64,000 nt of DNA from Wickerhamiella versatilis (Eukaryota). The position numbers and the translations under genes are program-made. The notes beneath the pieces were generated by a model. The model worked only from the letters and a program-made list of their open reading frames with translations. It was not told the origin of the DNA and did no database searches. This document shows positions 29,938-40,323 of this stretch, in pieces. Within the stretch, counting starts at the first letter, position 1, and each line of letters begins with the position of its first letter. The stretch spans positions 620,001 through 684,000 of the forward strand of contig JAQOWU010000003.1 in NCBI GenBank assembly GCA_030867685.1, written 5' to 3'.

Positions 29938-31704
29938 ATGGTAAAGCGGCCGCTTCGAGAACTTTTGACCGGTGCGGAACCGTCAAGCGATGAAGAAATG
30001 GAGATGGAAGTGGAGGACGACTTCAGCAATGATGAAGTCAACCCTGATCTGTGTGTAGAGTGTGGAGACCAGCCTCGTGAACTCGTTTGCCTGGGGTGTG
30101 ACGAAGGGTTTTGTGAGGTTTGTTTCGGGTATTTACATCGTACAGGGAAACGACGTCATCATTCGAAAAAGTCACTGGTGGTAAATTCGAAACCAGAGGC
30201 TACTGGTAAAAGTCAGTCATCTGAAAAAGAGAAACAGCCTGATTCCCCGCATGAGGATGAGGATGAGGATGCCGAAGACGTAACTCTCGAAACTACGCAT
30301 GTTGACAAGGCAGCAGTATCAGCAAGATTTATGAGCCTTGCCAAATTTGTTCCCATGCGCTTAACATTTGAAGAGAGAAAGCTATTTAGGCTGCTTGAGG
30401 CTGCGCTCAATGTAAGTGAGTATACCGACAAGGTGGATATTTACGCTGGAGGAAAGTCACGGGCACGCAGACAGGTTACGCAGCTGCGAGAAGTTTGCAC
30501 TGTACTGACGGGCCTAGTAGTGGCAAATGGCATGGAGACTGGATTGCGGTTGGTCACCGATAAAGAATTCGCGGTTAATGCCGACTGGTACAAAGGTGTT
30601 TTTGAAATAGGCCGCAGATATAAAATCATGAATCCTGAGCGAATGCGGAGTAGTTTTGGAAAGTTAATGTATATGATCCAGGACTCAAGACTACCAGAGG
30701 TTAGAGAAGCTCTTGAATTCGACCTATGGAAACCAATAGTCACAGTTCACGATTACCTTAGTGACAAAAAATCCCTTGCAGTTCTTGAGGATTCTGATAT
30801 TCTTGATGCAACTATGGAAATTCATTCGAATGGGAAAACACGTAGGCAGATTCAACAGGAAATTAGAAGAAAAGAAACTGCGATCGAAAAACTATCGAGG
30901 CGCTATGGTGAGAATGTCAGGGACGCACTGTACTCAATTGGTGACTTTCATTCTTTCTTGAATGCCAATCGGAGTCCGGTTGACGCAATGATTCATCGAC
31001 TAAAAACTCAGTTTGACCGCGACAATGTGGGTGAATACTCACTTGGAATTTCCATGGGCCGTGGTGGTGCGCGATTAAGCCATGGGCATGCTAAACAGTA
31101 TCAATATGTGCTACAGTCTCTTACATTGTGGTCTGAAATCATGCAGGAAATGTATCGTCTATGGAAGCTTTCTGATGATGACCTACTTAGTACCGATACT
31201 CGGTATATATTGGCTGATACGGGACAAGGTTTAAATCGCATAAAGGCAAGTCCGCGACTTTATAGAGCCATGCATAATATTATTGCCCAAGCTCAGAAAA
31301 ATACGGGCAGTTGGGTCGGGTCAAGTGTAGTACATTTAGGTGATCATGCGGTGCCTAACTCGTTGTTTTTCCTTGACAAGTACTTGCAGGTTCCCCGTAT
31401 TCTCAATCCCGTGAATATTGCCATCAAGTTACTCCCATCATCGCTGGAAAAAGATACATATGCATATGAGTGGGTGAATAACCAATTTGGCTCCATCGAG
31501 ACCCTGGAAAAGGTGATTCTTACTGATTTTTTCCGTCACGCATTTGATGGCTCTGGTGCAGACAACTTCTATGACGCCGGGTCATGCATTGACGGTCGTC
31601 TCACATCAGCTTGGAATTGGGCGAATTCGATTGCAAGCAAGCCTTATTACAAGCATTTCTTAATTACGGGATTTGTGGGATTTGATGGAACCGAGGGATT
31701 CTAG
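29938..31704 (+). CDS. UPF0652/DUF2009 protein with an N-terminal B-box zinc finger
   Basis: CVEC..C..C..C..C..H..H, LNVSEYTDKVD, GRRYKIMNPE, GGARLSH, FDGSGADNFYDAGSCIDGRLTSAWNW. Confidence 0.88.
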   Translation: MVKRPLRELLTGAEPSSDEEMEMEVEDDFSNDEVNPDLCVECGDQPRELVCLGCDEGFCEVCFGYLHRTGKRRHHSKKSLVVNSKPEATGKSQSSEKEKQPDSPHEDEDEDAEDVTLETTHVDKAAVSARFMSLAKFVPMRLTFEERKLFRLLEAALNVSEYTDKVDIYAGGKSRARRQVTQLREVCTVLTGLVVANGMETGLRLVTDKEFAVNADWYKGVFEIGRRYKIMNPERMRSSFGKLMYMIQDSRLPEVREALEFDLWKPIVTVHDYLSDKKSLAVLEDSDILDATMEIHSNGKTRRQIQQEIRRKETAIEKLSRRYGENVRDALYSIGDFHSFLNANRSPVDAMIHRLKTQFDRDNVGEYSLGISMGRGGARLSHGHAKQYQYVLQSLTLWSEIMQEMYRLWKLSDDDLLSTDTRYILADTGQGLNRIKASPRLYRAMHNIIAQAQKNTGSWVGSSVVHLGDHAVPNSLFFLDKYLQVPRILNPVNIAIKLLPSSLEKDTYAYEWVNNQFGSIETLEKVILTDFFRHAFDGSGADNFYDAGSCIDGRLTSAWNWANSIASKPYYKHFLITGFVGFDGTEGF

Positions 31705-32093
31705 GATACTAGATTTGAAATTCTAGTTGTGGATATCGAATGTTCTTATATAGTTCTCCTGTTCATTGTGTATCCACTGCCATGAGATTATCTTTCATAG
31801 AATATTGTGCCTCAATTTCGGATCATTTGAGTGACAAAAAAACCTTAGAATATACACGTATCCGATATAGATATAGAAATGTATAATAATTACGCCTTGC
31901 AAACCACCAATTGGCGGTACAGTGTTTATGTACTTACTAACAATGTGGTACCTATCACTCGATGACGTAGCTATAATATAGGATGGTGGGTAATTTATGT
32001 CAGGGTACCACAGTTCTTACTCACGGTGGCTAGGCCATATAACAATGGTAAGTTGAGTAGCTAAACCTGATATTCTCTTCTCTTACCTTAGGA

Positions 32094-33035
32094 ATGGCAA
32101 CCCAAGTAAAGACCACCACTACCTCCAAGAGACTTCTTGCATCCCAACAACACCAGAGTAGAAAGATAAATTTTGGAAACGACTACAGTGATGCCTATGC
32201 TCGTACTTCCATTTTCCCCCAAGCACACCTCACAAATATCCATGACCCACAGATAGGGTATCCTAAGCGTCAAAGACTCCACGAACTGAAGAAGCTTCAT
32301 ATGAAAAAGCATTTTCAGCCAGCGGCAGGCCTAAGAGCCAAGGTCGAAGACCAAGAAGCCGTTTTACGACAACTGAGTGATCAAGGGGCGCAATTTGATG
32401 TTGTAATGATACATGGTTGCATTGAAAAGTATCCGTCTGTCGAGGAACTCAAAAAGTTACCTATCGGGTTGCTGACGCCCAAGCCGAGTCTGTTGTTTGT
32501 TTGGGCACCTGCCGAGCGTTTAAGTGAAACTCGACAAGCAATGGAAAGTTGGGGGTTTCGTCGGGTAGAGAATATTGTTTATGCAATTGCCTCGGCGAAT
32601 TCTATGCACAATCCAGAATCTCAAAGTCAGAACTGGTTGACTCAACAAGTATTAAAACGCACAACGTGGCATTGTCTCATGGGCATGAAGGGGACATTAA
32701 GACGATCTGAAGATACACATGTCATTAACTGCAACGTGGACACAGATCTGCTCGTTGAGAAGACTGGTTCCTTACCAGGAATAGTCCCTGAAGAGATTTA
32801 TTCTATCATAGAGAATTTCACGAATATGAATCGTCGATTGCACGTTATCCCAGCCAAAGCACCTGAAACGCTGCCAGTGAGACCAAGAAAAGGCTGGGCG
32901 ATTGTGAGCCCTGACATTTTGCTCTCCAACCTAAATGCATCAAATTATCAGGAGCGCCAACTTGTTCCAGTAAACTACAAGATAGACGAGCTCAGGCCTC
33001 GAACGCCTCTCGCTCGTGACTATGTCATGCATTAA
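32094..33035 (+). CDS. KAR4: Karyogamy protein Kar4 (MT-A70/METTL14-like)
   Basis: NDYSDAY, GYPKRQRLHELK, WGFRRVENI, WHCLMGMKGTLRRSEDTHVINCNVDTD. Confidence 0.92.
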   Translation: MATQVKTTTTSKRLLASQQHQSRKINFGNDYSDAYARTSIFPQAHLTNIHDPQIGYPKRQRLHELKKLHMKKHFQPAAGLRAKVEDQEAVLRQLSDQGAQFDVVMIHGCIEKYPSVEELKKLPIGLLTPKPSLLFVWAPAERLSETRQAMESWGFRRVENIVYAIASANSMHNPESQSQNWLTQQVLKRTTWHCLMGMKGTLRRSEDTHVINCNVDTDLLVEKTGSLPGIVPEEIYSIIENFTNMNRRLHVIPAKAPETLPVRPRKGWAIVSPDILLSNLNASNYQERQLVPVNYKIDELRPRTPLARDYVMH

Positions 33036-33400
33036 TTACGAACAACCATAGCGACTGTATACTCACCATCATGACTCAAAGTCAGTAGAACTGTATCATC
33101 CCGTAGATCGTCGGACACAAGCCTAAGCTGACCATCGACCCATGCTTTTCTCCACTTATTAAAGCGACAGTGCTTTTGTTCATTTCTATTAAGACTTTTG
33201 TACAAGGCCTCCTTGGCCGCCCAAGCGGATGCCAAACTTTGGACTACAGATTCCGCTGTGACCTTGCTCTGCTCCTCAGGATGTAGTATCCTCTGGCAAA
33301 TCCTTTGCTCGCGTGACGGACGTCGCTTTAAAATCTCCCTAAATCTCGCTATGCGCACGATATCTACCCCTATCCCACGAACCATCATCCACTTACTCAT
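33032..33400 (-). CDS. PPT2: AcpS-type phosphopantetheinyl transferase
   Basis: GIGVDIV, WAAKEALYKS, LSHDGEY. Plausible starts at 33400, 33388 or 33385. Confidence 0.88.
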   Translation of the reverse strand: MSKWMMVRGIGVDIVRIARFREILKRRPSREQRICQRILHPEEQSKVTAESVVQSLASAWAAKEALYKSLNRNEQKHCRFNKWRKAWVDGQLRLVSDDLRDDTVLLTLSHDGEYTVAMVVRN

Positions 33401-33409
33401 ATTTTTCGA

Positions 33410-34351
33410 ATGACTCGAAAGTTGCCTGAGAGTAGATACGACCTTAACACTTATTGGGGCCGTGTACAGCATTTTGCTGAGGTCTCTAACCCAGTTATGT
33501 TGTTTCATAGCAATGAAACAATCAAACGCGCACAACAGGCACTCAGGGAATACGAGTCAGGAAAGCGCGAAGAATCTAAAGAACTTTGGAATGATAAACT
33601 ACTTGTTGACTCTTCCGTTCATCCAGATAATGGTGAGATAGTTCTTCTGCCTTTTCGCATGTCATCTTACGTCCTCAGTAACTTGGTAGTCACTGTGGGA
33701 ATGCTCACGCCTAACCTAGGCACAGCAGGAACTTTGTTCTGGCAAATTGCTAACCAAAGTCTTAATGTCGCTGTAAACACAGCAAATGCAAACAAAAGTC
33801 ATCCACTTAGCACATCCCAACTCATCCAAAACTATTTAGCCGCTGTCACTGCTTCGTGTGGGGTAGCCTTGGGGCTGAACGCCTTAGTACCTCGTCTCCG
33901 GCGAGCCAGTCCTGGTCTCAAAGCCATTCTCAAGCGCCTTGTTCCATTTGCGGCTGTTGTTAGTGCCGGGTGGCTCAATGTAACCCTTATGCGCAGCTCA
34001 GAAATGGTGAAAGGCATAACAGTTTTCGATAAGGACACTAACGAACCTTTAGGCAATTCAAAGGCTGCTGCAAGACGTGCCGTTTTCGAAACTGCTGCTA
34101 GTAGAGCATTTAATGCGATGCCTATAATGGCGGTTCCTCCACTCGTACTTATGAAATTACAGAAAACACGCTTCTTACAAGGACGTTCGAAGCTTGCTGT
34201 AAATGCAGTTAACGTCGGCTTAATTGCTGCCACATCCTTTGCAGTGCTGCCTTTTGCACTGGGTGTATTCCCTCAGAGACGTGTTATTTCGGGAGATAAA
34301 CTTGAACCAGAGTTTTATGGGAAGACAGTGTCATTCAATCGTGGCGTTTAG
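33410..34351 (+). CDS. FSF1: Sideroflexin
   Basis: SRYDLNTYWGRV, SSVHPDNGE..LPFRMS, FWQIANQSLNVAVN, FNRGV. Confidence 0.96.
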   Translation: MTRKLPESRYDLNTYWGRVQHFAEVSNPVMLFHSNETIKRAQQALREYESGKREESKELWNDKLLVDSSVHPDNGEIVLLPFRMSSYVLSNLVVTVGMLTPNLGTAGTLFWQIANQSLNVAVNTANANKSHPLSTSQLIQNYLAAVTASCGVALGLNALVPRLRRASPGLKAILKRLVPFAAVVSAGWLNVTLMRSSEMVKGITVFDKDTNEPLGNSKAAARRAVFETAASRAFNAMPIMAVPPLVLMKLQKTRFLQGRSKLAVNAVNVGLIAATSFAVLPFALGVFPQRRVISGDKLEPEFYGKTVSFNRGV

Positions 34352-34676
34352 ATGATACAAAAAAAATACTATTCTGTATAAAAAAACCTTAGTAGACCTT
34401 AGTTTCGATCTGTTCTGTTTTCATAGTCGATAACAGGTACTATGGAATAACGTAATATGGACGTAATATTCCATAAAACGTGAGGAAAAGCACTGTAATG
34501 ATCGCTGTGGAGATCCAAGTATACGATGAAAAGGTGGAATTTGTCCATGGACACCAGAATTAGGATCAAAATAGTAATGCATTTATCTATAACGACCCAA
34601 AAAACCTCAACATTATGATGGTGATGTATATCATCTCTCGAAGAGACAAAGATGCAAATTAACAGAGTAAAGAATT

Positions 34677-35045
34677 CTAACCCATTTTTGAGGACCAGTC
34701 TGGGCCAAGTCCTAGATCCTCACCTGTGATTTCCCCATCCCTTATCATTCTGGCGTCGACCTTCTCCAATTTGGTAGTTGGTTCTTCTGTATCGGTGGGA
34801 GGCGCAGCAGTCGAAGCTAGTACAAACTCATTATCACAATGAGGGCAGAAACTATCCGTGTCAGTATCCCAATCAGCAATGTTCTTACGAAAAGCCTTAC
34901 GACATTTTTTGCAGACAAGAGTTACCTCTAATGTTCTTTTTAAAGGATGTGTTTCAGCTTCTACATGACATTGGGGGCAATCATAGAATTTTCGGCAGCA
35001 AGCAGTTCGTACAGTTACTTGCGCGTCGGGGAAATGCCGGCACAT
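34677..35045 (-). CDS. CHY-type zinc-finger protein
   Basis: MCRH..CCRKFYDCPQCH..H..CKKC..CPHC. Confidence 0.88.
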   Translation of the reverse strand: MCRHFPDAQVTVRTACCRKFYDCPQCHVEAETHPLKRTLEVTLVCKKCRKAFRKNIADWDTDTDSFCPHCDNEFVLASTAAPPTDTEEPTTKLEKVDARMIRDGEITGEDLGLGPDWSSKMG

Positions 35046-35109
35046 CTTTGCAAAACAATAGAAGTCTAGAAGCGTGTGGCTGACAAATACATATATCGAA
35101 TTTCATCAA

Positions 35110-36075
35110 ATGGTGGATCTAGTAGAAACGCCACCCGAACATTGTCCGGGTCCTGAGAGCAATAAGGCTGGACTTGATTCGAATTGCGTTGGTTGTCCCA
35201 ACAAAGAAATATGTGCCAGCCAGCCTAAGGGTCCCGATCCGGATATCCCAGCTATCAATGAAGCTTTAAAAAATGTGAGACATAAGATTCTCGTTTTGAG
35301 TGGTAAGGGAGGTGTTGGTAAATCTACTTTTTCAGCATTGCTTGGTTGGGGGTTTGCTTCAGATCTCTCGAAGGAGGTTGCGATGGTCGATCTCGACTTC
35401 TGCGGACCATCACTCGCCCGAATTCTGGGTACTGAGGGCGACTCTATACATATTTCCGCTTCTGGATGGTCTCCAGTCCTTGTAGATGATAATATGGGGC
35501 TTATGAGTATTGCATTTATGCTGGCCGACAAAGATGATGCTGTTATCTGGCGAGGGCAGAAAAAGAATGGGTTGATCAAGCAATTTTTGAAAACTGTCGA
35601 TTGGGGTGTAGACGAGATAGACTATATGATATTTGATACACCTCCTGGGACTGGTGATGAACATATTTCGATCAATCAGTATCTCAAGCCCAGTGGTTTA
35701 GATGGCGCTGTCATTGTCACGACACCCCAAGAGGTGGCATTGCTAGATGTCCGCAAAGAAATAAATTTTTGCAAGAAAGCCGGAATTCCGATACTTGGAC
35801 TAGTGGAGAACATGGCTGGATTTGTTTGCCCCAGTTGTGGGGGAAAGTCAGATATATTTATTCGGACAACTGGTGGTGGTGAACAGTTGGCAAAAGAACT
35901 CGGTATAGCATATCTTGGGTCAGCTCCCCTTGATCCACGTATTGGTCAGTGTAGTGATAATGGATTGAACTTTGTCGATGAGTATCCCCAGTCACCGGCA
36001 ACACTTGCAATTCAGACAATAATTTCGAACATAAAAGGGCGTCTTGAAGTACCTTCACCAGCATTGTCACCGTAA
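35110..36075 (+). CDS. NBP35: Cytosolic Fe-S assembly P-loop NTPase
   Basis: EHCPG..CVGCPNKEIC, VLSGKGGVGKST, DTPPGT, ENMAGFVCPSC. Confidence 0.96.
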   Translation: MVDLVETPPEHCPGPESNKAGLDSNCVGCPNKEICASQPKGPDPDIPAINEALKNVRHKILVLSGKGGVGKSTFSALLGWGFASDLSKEVAMVDLDFCGPSLARILGTEGDSIHISASGWSPVLVDDNMGLMSIAFMLADKDDAVIWRGQKKNGLIKQFLKTVDWGVDEIDYMIFDTPPGTGDEHISINQYLKPSGLDGAVIVTTPQEVALLDVRKEINFCKKAGIPILGLVENMAGFVCPSCGGKSDIFIRTTGGGEQLAKELGIAYLGSAPLDPRIGQCSDNGLNFVDEYPQSPATLAIQTIISNIKGRLEVPSPALSP

Positions 36076-36428
36076 TTTGGATCTAGAATTTAATTCCTAC
36101 AACACAAGTATAGAAACATGTATGTACTCATATCTCCCTAACCTGAAGTCCAAATGGTCTTTCCTATTTGGGTTCTTTGCATATGAAATGGGTTTTTGGC
36201 ATATAGAAGACCTTAAAGGCTTCTATTTAAGTGGCTGTTCATCAATATATACAAATAGACTATTGTCTTAAATTTGCTTTCTTCAGTACAGCCCAGTTCT
36301 TTGATTTTCTATGAAGTGATGGTGATCACCTACTCCACTAACACAAAATTGCCTAAAGGGGTTGCATGCATCTGGCGAGGTAAAAATACTATATAATTTG
36401 CAATAAATCCTGTTCTCAGTAACTAATA

Positions 36429-36698
36429 ATGAAATTTCTCTACACGCTTCTCCTCTCATCAACCTTTGCTGCACCCACTGTTCAGGCTGGCGAACCATCG
36501 TCAGACCTCGGGGTTCGATCTGAAAGTTTAGAGGAAATTGCGAATTATATTAAGCTTCCTACAACGGAATTTGCCAAGCGCCTCGGCCTCAGTATTGACG
36601 GTGAAGACTCTTCAATCTACAGGCGATCCCCTGACCCCATCTTTTATGTCAAGAAGGGCGGTAGCTTAGAATACAGTCCTTGGGCACCAAGCTTTTAA
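36429..36698 (+). CDS. Putative alpha-type mating pheromone precursor with a single peptide copy
   Basis: Signal peptide MKFLYTLLLSSTFA-AP, pro-region EEIANYIKL, Kex2-type RR, Ste13-type SP-DP, then IFYVKKGGSLEYSPWAPSF*. Confidence 0.7.
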   Translation: MKFLYTLLLSSTFAAPTVQAGEPSSDLGVRSESLEEIANYIKLPTTEFAKRLGLSIDGEDSSIYRRSPDPIFYVKKGGSLEYSPWAPSF

Positions 36699-36987
36699 GG
36701 TACATTAAAGATTTCCTTTCGCGAATATACTTATCCAATGTCCTTTTAATTAGTTATTAGCGTGCGACAAGTCGTCTGACACTATAGATAGTAATAATTA
36801 TCAGGGCCGAAGGTCATCACACAATAAGACCATAATAGTGGGCTGAAAAGGCCTAGCTGGTATGCTACATGGGATTTCTTAATATGCAATCATTTAAACT
36901 AAAATCCCTGGTAGAAACCGAGCCGAGACATTATGATATGAACTAGAACTACTCCAGAAAAAAGCATCTGTGAATTAGCTAGTGAAA

Positions 36988-38139
36988 TCACTCCTTATTA
37001 AACGGATATACCCATGGCAAAGCTTTGAATTCTTCAAGACTTTTTGGAACCGAGTGGACTTCACATACACCCACACCTGGCCCACCAACGGCCGTTTTTA
37101 TAACATTAAACCCCTTAAGGCGTGATTGCAATGCATCTATTGACACGGAGTCATCATTGAGAAGCGTTATTGCGCACCCTCCCCCTCCTGCTCCTGTCAA
37201 CTTTGTATTTCCCAATCCCAGCTCTGCGGTGGCATGTCTTACTTCTTCCAAGGCAGGATGGCTCACACCAAGACCAACTAGCATTCCATGATTGATTGAT
37301 GCCAGTTCACCCAGCTTCAGAGTAAGATCTTCTACTGGAAGAGGATGAGCTAGAAGTTCATCAGCTTCCAAAGTTACGGCCTTCATAGTATCCATTAAGG
37401 AATCAAATAGGCGCGGCCAGCGCTTTTTTATATTCGATACATGATTAACGAGCTCAGAAGTCATTCGAGGAACATGAGTATCCACTAGCAACAATCCTGT
37501 AGATGGAATGTTTGAATATGGAACCAAACTGGCAGGCTTTCCTTGCACTCTGGAAAAGTGTACAGCTCCTCCATATACAGCCACTGCATTATCTATTCCC
37601 GAGGGTTTTCCATGAATGCAACACTCACCCATAAAGCTCCAGTGCAATACCTCTTCTTTTGTGAGAGGTCTGTCGGCAATATGCATTATCGCGGTGGATA
37701 GGCATACAGAAAACCCAGCACTAGAGCCAAGTCCAGCACCTATAGGGAGCCCACTACGTACTGTGAAACGGTATCCACCTTGAGCGCCAGGCCCAATACA
37801 CGCGTAGATGTATAAAAATGCAAGCGCAGCTTTATAGGAAAAACTATCGAGCTTCCATTTATCTAAAGTACTCGTAAGAGCCTCAAAGAGTGTTTCGTTC
37901 AATGAATTATCCCTAGAAGATTCTTCTTTGGCCAAATTAAATGGGATTTCAGAAACACGAATACTAAATCGAAGGTCAACATCTGGAAAATCTAGTTCGA
38001 CATGATCTTTACTTTCGTAATTATCAACACCACAGTATGTACGTAGCGAGACTGCTCCTGCTATAGCGGGTACCCCATATACAACTGCGTGTTCGCCGAA
38101 AAGAATAACTTTGCCAGGTGCACTGACTGTGAATGGCAT
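36988..38139 (-). CDS. ERG12: Mevalonate kinase
   Basis: SAPGKVILFGEHAVVY, LPIGAGLGSSA, HGKPSGIDN, TKLTGAGGGGC. Confidence 0.97.
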   Translation of the reverse strand: MPFTVSAPGKVILFGEHAVVYGVPAIAGAVSLRTYCGVDNYESKDHVELDFPDVDLRFSIRVSEIPFNLAKEESSRDNSLNETLFEALTSTLDKWKLDSFSYKAALAFLYIYACIGPGAQGGYRFTVRSGLPIGAGLGSSAGFSVCLSTAIMHIADRPLTKEEVLHWSFMGECCIHGKPSGIDNAVAVYGGAVHFSRVQGKPASLVPYSNIPSTGLLLVDTHVPRMTSELVNHVSNIKKRWPRLFDSLMDTMKAVTLEADELLAHPLPVEDLTLKLGELASINHGMLVGLGVSHPALEEVRHATAELGLGNTKLTGAGGGGCAITLLNDDSVSIDALQSRLKGFNVIKTAVGGPGVGVCEVHSVPKSLEEFKALPWVYPFNKE

Positions 38140-38477
38140 GGATTATGTCATGTGAGGCTACCACCTAGATCTTTGAAGCAAGTACGGGGGAGTTGACAGT
38201 TTATCGCAAATTCCTAGTTCTTGATTTGGCAGGACGTGGGTCACGCTCTTCTGCACCTAATTTGAACTATTTTGGATCAATAAGGACTTACAAGGAAAGA
38301 AACCAAAGTATCCTGCTAAGATAACCCATGGACCATTTCCATTCTGAATTTCTAAGTCTATGTTATCTCGTTATATATGATACAAAAGTTACCAGAGTGC
38401 ATGCGTAGTATAATCCTATCAGAGTTTGGGTTGACCGTTCTTAGTCACAGATCTTCGCCATCACTATCATCTAGGAT

Positions 38478-39542
38478 ATGGGACTCTTTAAGGATACACG
38501 GCCTTATACAGCTATCAGTGCAGATATAGACGCCTTGACCGTAGGTGGAGATGATGATGATCCAGCACGGTTGTTGGACGTAATTGAGTTGATTCAGGGA
38601 AATCGAGTAGGTGGTTGCGCTGAGGCAGGACGTGCCCTTCGTAAAAAGATCAAGTACGGTAGTCCTGGGGAACAGCTACGAACGCTGAACTTAATTTCAG
38701 TACTTGTTGACAATGGTGGTAAAAGCTTGTTTCCTATGGTTACTGAAACTGGCCTTGGGGACCAACTCGTCCAACTGGCTCGTGCGCCCAAGGATAGCCG
38801 TCAGACAAAAAAAGCCCAGCAGCTGCTACTTAGCTGGAGTAGCAGAGGCAATCGCTTAAGCGGCTATTTTACACAGGCTGGACTTAAAGAAGCGAAGCGG
38901 GGTAGAAGACGCGGGGATAGTAGTCAGTCGTTCTCTCAAAGTGGGGATGAACCCAATGCCCCATCCCTACCTCGCAGACCTATTGGCAACACTAGCAACA
39001 ATTCAACTGCTAGGGAGCCAAGTAGATCGCCAAGCCCCATAAATCTACGAGGTGCTAGCCTCACCACAACTATTGCCACGGCACACTCAGTAGCAACACG
39101 TCTCCTGAATTCACTCATCCTAACAAATCAAAACCCTTCAAAATCTCGAGAATCACGCGGATATTGTCGTCAGGCGAAGCAAATACGTCATAACTTGATA
39201 CAACTTATTAGTGATGAAGACCCCGAAGTACAAGCTTACCTGGCCCAATTGATTCAGGCTAACGAGGAGCTAATTAATTCTATACGTGCTTATGATCGAG
39301 TGTTGAGCGGTGATAAGCTAGATGCTGATGATGGGGTAGAGCCTCTCCCGGAAATCAGACCTTTGCGTACAGCCCCTAGTCCACAGGCATCCACGAGGTC
39401 CATTCACTCACCGTCCAGGGATAGTGTGTCCATCAGCAATTCGGATGAAGAAATTGAGGCCTCAGCTGGAGAAGAGGAAAATAACCCTTTTGATGATGCT
39501 AATGAAGATACGTATGGTCCAAAGCATACACCAATATGGTAG
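38478..39542 (+). CDS. LSB5: VHS-GAT-NPF endocytic protein
   Basis: EAGRALRKKIKYG, GAT-like LIQANEELI, and C-terminal NPFDD. Confidence 0.88.
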   Translation: MGLFKDTRPYTAISADIDALTVGGDDDDPARLLDVIELIQGNRVGGCAEAGRALRKKIKYGSPGEQLRTLNLISVLVDNGGKSLFPMVTETGLGDQLVQLARAPKDSRQTKKAQQLLLSWSSRGNRLSGYFTQAGLKEAKRGRRRGDSSQSFSQSGDEPNAPSLPRRPIGNTSNNSTAREPSRSPSPINLRGASLTTTIATAHSVATRLLNSLILTNQNPSKSRESRGYCRQAKQIRHNLIQLISDEDPEVQAYLAQLIQANEELINSIRAYDRVLSGDKLDADDGVEPLPEIRPLRTAPSPQASTRSIHSPSRDSVSISNSDEEIEASAGEEENNPFDDANEDTYGPKHTPIW

Positions 39543-39680
39543 CTGTTAATGCTAGAAAAATTAAGTCATTGATTTGTTATTATTATGCTAAATAGGATCT
39601 CATTAATATCACGTTGTGCATATGTATATCTTAAACATCTCACCGTGAGTTTGGCATGCATTATTGCAAATAGTACAGGA

Positions 39681-40088
39681 TTATTCCATTACTTTGAATC
39701 CTCGGATTTTTCCATTGAGCGAAGAAGACAGCTTTGCGGCCACTTCGTACAACCAACCCCATGTGTCTTTTTCCGTTGAGCCAGCCACAATCAGGAGCAA
39801 ACTCTCCACTGCCATAATGATAATTCTTATACCACTAACATCAAATCCAACCCATTTGGCATCAGGTTGCATTTCCTGCCAGATCACGGCGCTATACAAC
39901 CCATATATTCGTGTTTGCAGTCTACTTTTGATAGGAAAATCGGAATCATTGTTCGATGGGTTTTGGCCAGTCTTTTCAGCCTGAAACAGGACTGTGCCTT
40001 GCGGCGTCACTAGAGCACACGCTAGTATATTAGCCAGATCTCTAGCAGATTCCAGTTCCGGTCGAATCTCCTCATCATTGAGAAGCAT
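39681..40088 (-). CDS. Roadblock-fold EGO/Ragulator subunit (Ego3/Slm4/LAMTOR2-like)
   Basis: MLL start, ALVTPQGTVL, LLLIVA..WGWL..L..IRGFKV pattern and size fit Ego3/LAMTOR2. Confidence 0.6.
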   Translation of the reverse strand: MLLNDEEIRPELESARDLANILACALVTPQGTVLFQAEKTGQNPSNNDSDFPIKSRLQTRIYGLYSAVIWQEMQPDAKWVGFDVSGIRIIIMAVESLLLIVAGSTEKDTWGWLYEVAAKLSSSLNGKIRGFKVME

Positions 40089-40323
40089 GATGACTCAGTC
40101 ATAGGGAGAGGAATCCAGCAGTTTTGAATGGCCTGCGAACCTGTCTTTCGATTCTCGTGTTAGTTTCTTTCATCTTATTATTTCTAGAAAAAAATAGATC
40201 GTACCGCTCTCTCGATGATATTACTGGACACAGGAATAGTCTAGACATTCAGTCTCACTTAATTCTCTTACAAACCGTTATCTGCTTACGTGATGCTCTC
40301 TAGATCGCCTTGGTACACCCGCA

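Noticed and set aside
32045-32093. ATG|GTAAGT..TAG mini-intron before KAR4
   Set aside because: It is only 44 nt with a poor branch site too near the donor, and the spliced product is out of frame. At most it is a 3-codon uORF.
34441-34475. Hairpin TATGGAATA..TATTCCATA between FSF1 and the CHY gene
   Set aside because: It is an isolated AT-rich stem with no convincing ncRNA boxes or element ends.
32094-36698. KAR4 plus the pheromone-like gene as a MAT locus
   Set aside because: No alpha-box, HMG or homeodomain gene and no SLA2/APN2 is present, and the intervening genes are housekeeping.
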